Assembly: GCA_025054935.1 (NCBI GenBank)
Contig: JANWZD010000006.1
Span: forward strand, 24,228-88,227
Origin: Dehalococcoidia bacterium
GTDB taxonomy: Bacteria; Chloroflexota; Dehalococcoidia; SpSt-223
DNA: 64,000 bases
Direction of reading: 5' to 3'
This document shows, piece by piece, positions 58,231-64,000 of the stretch (within the stretch, counting starts at the first letter, position 1; each line of letters opens with the position of its first letter). The notes beneath the pieces were generated by a model. That model saw only the letters and a program-made list of their open reading frames with translations. It had not been told where the DNA came from and did no database searches. A program made the translations under genes and the position numbers.

Positions 58231-59127
58231 TTACGTGCGGTCAGCCGCGCCGAGGCGGGCAGCAAGCGCAAGGAGCGCGCGGGCGCGCTCGACAACGGGC
58301 AGGTCGACAAACTCACCGCTCGGAAGCCGGAGCGCGCCGATGCCGTGGTCTTCCGCCTGCTCGGCAGCCTCAACGATCGCATGAGCCGCTTCCAGTTCAG
58401 CGTCGCTCGGCGTGTAGACCCGGTTGATAATCGGAAGCTGACGAGGGTGGATGGCGCTCTTGCCGAAGAAGCCGAGCGCCCGTCCGGCGCGGGTGTCGCG
58501 CTCGAGGCCCGCTTCGTCGTCAAGCCGCGGGTAGACGCTATCCACCGGAGCGCGGACCCCCGCGACGCGCGAGGCGAGGACAAGCCGAGATTTGGCATAG
58601 AGCAGCTCTCGCCCGTCGGGCGACTCCGGGCGAGCGTCGATATCGGCGGCAAAATCGACAGCGCCGAAGGCGAGCGCTAAGACCCGCGAGTCGGCCTCGG
58701 CGATCTCAGCTGCGCGCCAGACGCCGACCGCGCTTTCAATGCCGAGGACAAGCTTGACCGAGCCAGCGGGGAGCCCCGCCGCTGCTTCGGCATCGCTCAC
58801 CCAGTCCGCGACGAGCCGAACCGAACGCGCGCTCTCCATCTTCGGAACGCGGATCCCCGCCAGCCCCGGCCGCACGACGGCGCGCACTTCCGCCTCGGTC
58901 AAGCCCGTCTCGGGGTGGTTCACCCGCACAAAGACGAGCGGTCCGCCAGAACCTGCCCGTGCCGCGACCGCCTCCGCGACCATCGCGCGCGCCCGCTCTT
59001 TCTCGCCGCGCGGCACCGAGTCCTCGAGGTCGAAGATGACTGCGTCTGCCTCCGACTGCGGCGCCCGTTCAAGAAGCTTGGCGTTGTTGCCCGGGGCGTA
59101 GAGCCAGCTCCGAATTGGAGGGATCAC
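58231..59127 (-). CDS. HpcH/HpaI-family CoA-ester lyase (CitE-like; citramalyl-CoA / malyl-CoA lyase type)
   Basis: 298 aa. N-terminus RSWLYAPGNNAKLLERAPQSEADAVIFDLEDSV is the CitE / malyl-CoA lyase signature. Start overlaps the stop of the upstream CoA-transferase by 1 nt. Confidence 0.75.
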   Translation of the reverse strand: MIPPIRSWLYAPGNNAKLLERAPQSEADAVIFDLEDSVPRGEKERARAMVAEAVAARAGSGGPLVFVRVNHPETGLTEAEVRAVVRPGLAGIRVPKMESARSVRLVADWVSDAEAAAGLPAGSVKLVLGIESAVGVWRAAEIAEADSRVLALAFGAVDFAADIDARPESPDGRELLYAKSRLVLASRVAGVRAPVDSVYPRLDDEAGLERDTRAGRALGFFGKSAIHPRQLPIINRVYTPSDAELEAAHAIVEAAEQAEDHGIGALRLPSGEFVDLPVVERARALLALAARLGAADRT

Positions 59128-60329
59128 TAGATGACCCCCTTCGCTTTCAGCTCGGCGAGGCGCTCCGGTCCGATCCCGAGTTCTCCGTAAACCGCCTCGT
59201 TATCCTGCCCGAGGCGACGCCCCGCCCAGCGAATCCGTCCTGGGGTCTCCGACATGCGGAACATGACGTTCTGCATTTTGATCGGGCCAAGATCTTCATC
59301 TTGAACGGTGACGATCGAGTTGAGCGCCTGATACTGCGGGTCATTGAAGATATCGGCGATGTCGTAAATCGGCGCGACTGCTGCCTCCGCCGCCTCAAAC
59401 TTCTCCATGACCTCTTTCAGATCATGCTGGGCGATCCAGCCGCCCACATATTCATCGAGAAGATCCGCATGCTTGGCGCGCTCCGCGCCGCTCTTAAACC
59501 ACGGCTCATCGATCACCTCCGGATGGCCCACAAGGCGCATAACGCGCTCCGCGATGTTCTGGGCGCTTGTGCTGATCGCCACCCATTTGCCATCGCGCGT
59601 CCGGTAGATATTGCGCGGCGCGTTGTTCACGGAGCGGTTGCCCGAGCGCTGCTGGATGATTCCAAGCTGGTCGTAGACGATCGGCTGAGGGCCAAGGATG
59701 CTGAAGATCGGCTCGATGATCGCCAAGTCGATCACTTGGCCTTTGCCGCCGCGAGCATCGCGATAGTAGAGCGCCATCAGGATCGCATTCGCGCCCGCCA
59801 ACCCAGCGATCCCGTCCGCCAAGCCAAACGGCGGCAGGGTGGGCGGTCCATCGGGTTCGCCAGTGATCGCCGCAAACCCGCTCATCGCCTCGGCGAGCGT
59901 CCCGAAGCCCGGCCGCTGGGCATAGGGACCGAATTGGCCGAAACCGGTTGCCCGCATCACTATCAAGCGCGGGTTGACAGCGAGCAGCCGGTCCGGCCCG
60001 AGGTTCCACTTTTCGAGGGTGCCGGGGCGGAAGTTCTCGATAAAGACATCCGCCGTTTCCACCAACTTGAGCAGGATCTCCTGCCCTTCCGGATGACTGA
60101 AGTTCAGCGTGATCGCGCGCTTATTCCGGCTGACGATCTTCCACCAAAGACCGTGCCCCTGCTTGGTGTAGCCATGCGTGCGGAGACTGTCGCCGCGCGG
60201 GTGCTCTATTTTGATGACATCGGCGCCGAAATCCCCGAGATACATCGCCATCAGCGGGCCCGCGAGGATCGTGGCGGCGTCCAAGACGCGAATGCCCTCT
60301 AAGGGCAGTGGACGCCCGTTGGTCGTCAT
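59127..60329 (-). CDS. CaiB/BaiF family III CoA-transferase
   Basis: 400 aa. GIRVLDAATILAGPLMAMYLGDFGADVIKIE signature; conserved Asp region (GLADGIAG). Confidence 0.8.
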   Translation of the reverse strand: MTTNGRPLPLEGIRVLDAATILAGPLMAMYLGDFGADVIKIEHPRGDSLRTHGYTKQGHGLWWKIVSRNKRAITLNFSHPEGQEILLKLVETADVFIENFRPGTLEKWNLGPDRLLAVNPRLIVMRATGFGQFGPYAQRPGFGTLAEAMSGFAAITGEPDGPPTLPPFGLADGIAGLAGANAILMALYYRDARGGKGQVIDLAIIEPIFSILGPQPIVYDQLGIIQQRSGNRSVNNAPRNIYRTRDGKWVAISTSAQNIAERVMRLVGHPEVIDEPWFKSGAERAKHADLLDEYVGGWIAQHDLKEVMEKFEAAEAAVAPIYDIADIFNDPQYQALNSIVTVQDEDLGPIKMQNVMFRMSETPGRIRWAGRRLGQDNEAVYGELGIGPERLAELKAKGVI

Positions 60330-60420
60330 CAGTTCTGTCCCCCGTGCGAAGTGGATACGAACCGGCGCGTTCCAGTGCTAGAAGTAGGATACTGCACCGG
60401 TGCCCGCTCTTCATGGTCGC

Positions 60421-61197
60421 CTACCGGCTGCCGAGCCGCTCCCGCAGCCGCGCTGCCGCAGCGACCGGGTCGCTCGGCAGATGCAGCGCCCACGGCGGCG
60501 CGCTCTCCCCGATCACGCCGACGAGAGGCGCGGCGCCGCGCAGACGGTCGAGCGCGCCTGCCCCTTCCACGAGGAGCGCGGGCGCGTCGAGCCGCTGCGC
60601 GAGCCGCGCCACAATTGCGAGGGGAACGCATTCGCCGAGGGAGAGCACCGGCACGCCGTCGCGCGCGAGCAGCACCCCAACGGCGAGCGCCCCGATATCC
60701 GTGCCCATCAGCCCGGCGAGGATCACGGGCGCCCCTTCGCGCTCGAAGGCACCGAGCAGCCGAATGAGACGGGCACGCAGCACCTGGCCGGCAAGGTGGG
60801 CCGCCTCGGCGGGCACGTCGTCGCGCTGCAGGATGATCGCGCGCGCCGCCCTCGCCACCCACTCCTCGAGCGAAAGAAGCGCCCCCAGTTCCTCGAGGCG
60901 GCGGAGCAGCATGGCGTAATCCGCCTGCCGCAGCGCGGTCGCAAGCGCCGCCTCCGTCTCCGGCGGCGCCGCGCGCGTGGCGACCGCCGCCGCCGCCTGC
61001 GCGGCGCTCGTTCCACGCTCGCGAAGCTGGCGGATGATCGCCAAGTCTGCCTCAGAATAGAGCCGGCGGCCGCTGGCGGTCCGCTGCGGTCGCGGCACGC
61101 CGTAGCGACGTTCCCAGGCGCGGATCGTATCGGCGGGGACCCCCGTCCGCTTCACGACTGCGCCGATCGTCAGCAGCGGCGTCGATGATTCGCTCAT
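60421..61197 (-). CDS. MerR-family transcriptional regulator with a C-terminal B12-binding-like (Rossmann) domain lacking the canonical DxHxxG His
   Basis: N-terminal MerR HTH (LLTIGAVVKRTGVPADTIRAWERRYGVPRPQRTASGRRLYSEADL). C-terminal VILAGLMGTDIGALAVGVLLARDGVPVLSLGECVP mirrors the cobalamin-binding-domain architecture, but with GTDIG in place of DxHDIG. Confidence 0.65.
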   Translation of the reverse strand: MSESSTPLLTIGAVVKRTGVPADTIRAWERRYGVPRPQRTASGRRLYSEADLAIIRQLRERGTSAAQAAAAVATRAAPPETEAALATALRQADYAMLLRRLEELGALLSLEEWVARAARAIILQRDDVPAEAAHLAGQVLRARLIRLLGAFEREGAPVILAGLMGTDIGALAVGVLLARDGVPVLSLGECVPLAIVARLAQRLDAPALLVEGAGALDRLRGAAPLVGVIGESAPPWALHLPSDPVAAAARLRERLGSR

Positions 61198-61407
61198 ACG
61201 CCCGCCTCGCCGACCGGCAGCCCAACGCGCCGCATTAAGCGGAGGGCGTTGGTCGAGGGAGCAAGGCCGTGCCGCAGCCGATAGTCGAAGCGCCTCACCG
61301 CCTCTTCACCGCTCTACTCAACCTGCTCGCGGAAGTGCACGCGCCGCCCCACCCCCGCAAGCTGAGATGCGGACGCGACTGTCACGTCGTCGAGCGCTCC
61401 AATCGCT

Positions 61408-62121
61408 CTACCGGCGACAAGATACGCCATGACCCGGCGCACCGCGAACTGCCGCTCGGCCATGTTCGTCTCCAACCAGCGGCGCCGGGAGCGCCGCGGC
61501 GTTCCCCCGCCCACGCGACGAGCGCTCGAGACTTCCTCTCAACTCGGCAGCAAGACGAGCGAGCAGAACCAGCGGCTTCTGGAGCTCGACCTTCGGCGCG
61601 AGTTCGCGGACCGCCGCTTGCCGGCGGCGCGCCTCCTCAAGCGGTGCCGGAGGGAGCAGCCAGCGCGCAAGCACCGGCTCGGCAGGCGTCCCCCCGACGC
61701 AGTCGAGGAGATAGAACTGCGGCGCGCGTCCGACCAGGCCGAGGTTGGCGGCAGCGGGGTGCCCCTCCGGCGGGCGGGGTCGATGGCGGACCGGAACCTC
61801 CTCCCCTCGGCGCAAGAAGCGCAACTCCGCCTCTGCGTTCAGCTGCTCGAGCAGGCGCAGGCGTCGCCGCCGGCCTTCAAGGCGGCCGCGGACCAGAACG
61901 AGCGCCGCTGGTCCGCCCGCTGCCGCCGCACGGGAGACGTTCTGGACGAGAACCCCGCCGACGACGAGAACCGCCGCGCCCAGCCGGCCGTTCGCGACGA
62001 GGCTCCAACGCCGTTCCACCCTCAGCTGCTCGGCCCGATAGCGGGCGCTCCGTCCGCAGTAGAAGGAAGCTGCCGGGAACGCAGCCGCCGCCGAGGGGGT
62101 GGCTGTCTGGAGGAGCGACAT
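61408..62121 (-). CDS. doubtful ORF (Ala/Arg/Leu-rich hypothetical protein); possibly non-coding or a decayed partner gene of DUF3090
   Basis: The only long open frame between the DUF3090 and MerR genes. Composition (very few Asp/Lys/Ile/Asn) resembles an alternative-frame artefact of GC-rich DNA. Confidence 0.15.
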   Translation of the reverse strand: MSLLQTATPSAAAAFPAASFYCGRSARYRAEQLRVERRWSLVANGRLGAAVLVVGGVLVQNVSRAAAAGGPAALVLVRGRLEGRRRRLRLLEQLNAEAELRFLRRGEEVPVRHRPRPPEGHPAAANLGLVGRAPQFYLLDCVGGTPAEPVLARWLLPPAPLEEARRRQAAVRELAPKVELQKPLVLLARLAAELRGSLERSSRGRGNAAALPAPLVGDEHGRAAVRGAPGHGVSCRR

Positions 62122-62132
62122 TCTTGTGCGCG

Positions 62133-62636
62133 CTACTCCATCGCGAAGTGCCCATTCGCTCGAACGCAGACATGACCGTCCGGGTTGATCGGCGCGCCGC
62201 AGAGGGGACAGCGCGGGCGACCGGCCGCGACGATCTCCTCAATCTGGCGGCTCAAATTTTTCAGCATTGCGCGGTTCGCACGGCAGACGAAATCTGGTGC
62301 TTCGTTCTCGCTGGTTTCGGGAAGATAGACAACAACGACGAAAAGGTCGCTCGATTCATCGAAGCCGAGCCCCAGCCGCCCGACCGGCGCGTCGATCGTT
62401 TCGAACGTGGAAGCGCTTCCCGTCGGCACCATGCCTTCGCCCGCATGTTCATCCATCTGGGCGAGGAGCTGCTCAATGGCCAAGCCGAGCGCTTGGAGCT
62501 GCTCCTTTTCGATCCAGAGGGAAGCCAATTCCTGCTCGTTCGCGATCAGCAGCCGGAAGGTGCGACGGCCCGGCGGGCCATAGGACTCGGCGTCTAAGCG
62601 GACGACCGGCCCAAAATCGCGTGGTGTGCTCGCCAT
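62133..62636 (-). CDS. DUF3090 domain-containing protein
   Basis: Start at ATG 62636 (MASTPRDFGPVVRLDAESYGPPGRRTFRLLI). C-terminal CPLCGAPINPDGHVCVRANGH zinc-ribbon-like tail, typical of DUF3090 (TIGR03847-like). Confidence 0.65.
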   Translation of the reverse strand: MASTPRDFGPVVRLDAESYGPPGRRTFRLLIANEQELASLWIEKEQLQALGLAIEQLLAQMDEHAGEGMVPTGSASTFETIDAPVGRLGLGFDESSDLFVVVVYLPETSENEAPDFVCRANRAMLKNLSRQIEEIVAAGRPRCPLCGAPINPDGHVCVRANGHFAME

Positions 62637-62744
62637 CGGTCGCGAGTTGTCCCTTCGCCAAAATTCCGCCGCGCCCGAGGATGCAGTCGTCCCCGGCTGT
62701 CGGCAATTATACGGAACCATCTTGGATCTCCTGGGAGGGCGGCA

Positions 62745-63502
62745 TGGCGGGCATCCGGCGAGGCTACCTGCGCCTTGAACACGGCCTCGTGCACCTTCGC
62801 TATGGAGGACGCGGCGCGCCGCTCATCGTCCTCCACGACGCTGGGCAGTCCTCGGCGACCGCAGAGCGCCACAATCTGCTCGCCCAGCTGGGAGACCGGT
62901 TCCGCGTCTACGCCCCTGACCTCCCCGGCCACGGCAGAACTGACCCTTGGCCAGTTCCACCGACGCTGGCCGACCTCGCCGACTTCGTGCGCGCTGTCGC
63001 CCACGAGATGGGCGACCCGTCGGTGCGCGTTCTCGGCATCGGGCTCGGCGCCCTGATCGGCGCGCAGCTTGCTGGGAGCGCTCCTCATGCTGTAGAAGCG
63101 CTGGTCTGCGCCTTCCCCCCGGCCTTCCCCCGCGAGCAGTGGTCGATCGACAGCGACGGGGAGCGCCTTAGGAGGAATTTTGCGCATTGGCACGCGCGCT
63201 TAGCCGACCAGCCGAACGGGCTCGCCGAAGCGACCTCCCTGACCGTCGAAGAGGCCGAGGCAGGAGCGCACGGCGCTCAGGCCGCTGAGCTCAGCCGCGC
63301 AGCCGACCGTCGGCGGCTGTTTGGGAAGCTCGAACGATCGACACTGCTGATGGCAACGCTCGGCGACCCCCAGTTTGACCTTCTGAACGACCTTGCAGAC
63401 GGCAACCCGCGCCTTGAACTCGCTCTTGCCCCCCCGGGACCGCTGTTCGGCGCCTTCGAGCCGGCAACGTTCCGGGCAACGGTTGAAGATGTCCTCTGGT
63501 AA
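62745..63502 (+). CDS. alpha/beta-hydrolase-fold protein lacking the nucleophile serine (GIGLG in place of GHSxG); possible pseudo-enzyme
   Basis: Alpha/beta-hydrolase N-terminal pattern (GAPLIVLHDAGQSSATAERHNLLAQLGDRFRVYAPDLPGHGRT). At the nucleophile-elbow position the sequence is VLGIGLGALIGAQLA. Confidence 0.55.
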
Positions 63503-63528
63503 CATCGACACCACCGCAAGGAGGCGCG

Positions 63529-63914
63529 ATGGCAACTCTCCCCGCCACAGCGATCGTCGCCGCATTCAGCGACGCGGTCTGGCGCAAGCGCGATCTCGAC
63601 GCTATCGACCGGTATTTCGGGGACGACTACGAGGACCCCGAGATCACCGGCGAGCCCCGGGCAGGATTGAAACAGTTTTTCTCCGCCTACTTCGCGGCCC
63701 GCCCAGACTTCCAGCTGACCGCCGAGGACTACATTACCGAAGGCGACCGCGTCGTGCAGGTGATCAGCGGAGAGTTCACGAACACGGATGAGCCCGCGCC
63801 CCCGTCGGCGTGAAGATGATGATGCGCGAGATCAACATCTTCACCGTTCGAGACGGCAAGATTGTCAGCCGGTTCGGCATCGGTCGCTCGCTGCCGGCAG
63901 AGGGCGCTGCGTAG
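63529..63914 (+). pseudogene. SnoaL-like polyketide-cyclase / NTF2-like ester cyclase family gene interrupted by a 1-nt frameshift in a C5 homopolymer
   Basis: N-terminal 94 codons end at TGA 63811. A +2-frame continuation VGVKMMMREINIFTVRDGKIVSRFG... runs to TAG 63912-63914. Adding one C to the CCCCC run at 63799-63803 restores a single ~127 aa SnoaL-like ORF (…EFTNTDEPAPPVGVKMMMREINIF…). Confidence 0.55.
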
Positions 63915-64000
63915 GGAGGCTAGGCGATCCTCCTAGCCTGGGGCGGCGCGTTGCGAGGACCGCTCTGCCCTCCCGAGAAGCGCGGCGAGCTCTCGAACTG

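Noticed and set aside
61269-62597. 442 aa plus-strand ORF
   Set aside because: Arg/Pro-rich and low-complexity. It overlaps the DUF3090 gene on the opposite strand.

Overview
The window is a 64 kb, high-GC (~68%) stretch of a bacterial chromosome, tightly packed with genes. Gene content (LL-DAP aminotransferase DapL, many F420-type LLM oxidoreductases, MaoC, family III CoA-transferase and CitE modules, DUF3090) suggests Chloroflexota/Thermomicrobia-like or a related high-GC lineage; this is inference only. No rRNA, tRNA, CRISPR array or obvious transposon/prophage was found.

Housekeeping genes recognised:
- fabF (3' part, truncated by the window edge), pyrG, and the linked miaA-dapF-dapL-hflX block.
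- glyQS translationally overlapping an orphan sbcD.
- dnaA, placing the replication-initiation region in this window.

Accessory content:
1. A minus-strand, translationally coupled operon: a GT2 glycosyltransferase, three large polytopic GT-C-like membrane proteins (two clear paralogs) and an embedded LLM/F420-type oxidoreductase. This is a candidate lipid-linked glycan or envelope glycosylation system.
2. Repeated sets of MmgE/PrpD, MaoC dehydratase, family III CoA-transferase, CitE-like CoA-ester lyase and cyclase genes. One set is a tandem-fused double CaiB protein. These point to C5/C6-dicarboxylate catabolism (itaconate, mesaconate or citramalate type). They lie next to a MerR regulator whose C-terminal B12-binding-like domain lacks the canonical His.
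3. A Cheo/LexA-type SOS box (CGAACAAATGTTCA) at the 5' end of a ~190 aa protein with ERF/Rad52-like single-strand-annealing features.
4. A secreted hydrolase group: a GHL-type TIM-barrel protein, a ~980 aa S8 peptidase with a PA domain, GH2, a PIG-L deacetylase and a Tat-secreted FG-GAP propeller.

Smaller oddities:
- A 30-bp tandem repeat encoding a Pro/Gly tail on an aldehyde dehydrogenase.
- A low-GC islet with a strongly SD-preceded 84 aa ORF.
- Two probable pseudogenes: a homopolymer-frameshifted SnoaL-like cyclase and an SBP C-terminal remnant.
- An alpha/beta-hydrolase-fold protein lacking the nucleophile Ser.
- A standalone LigD polymerase domain.
- Two ~0.8-1.4 kb stretches with no convincing ORF.

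Many long alternative-frame ORFs in the supplied track are high-GC artefacts and were rejected.
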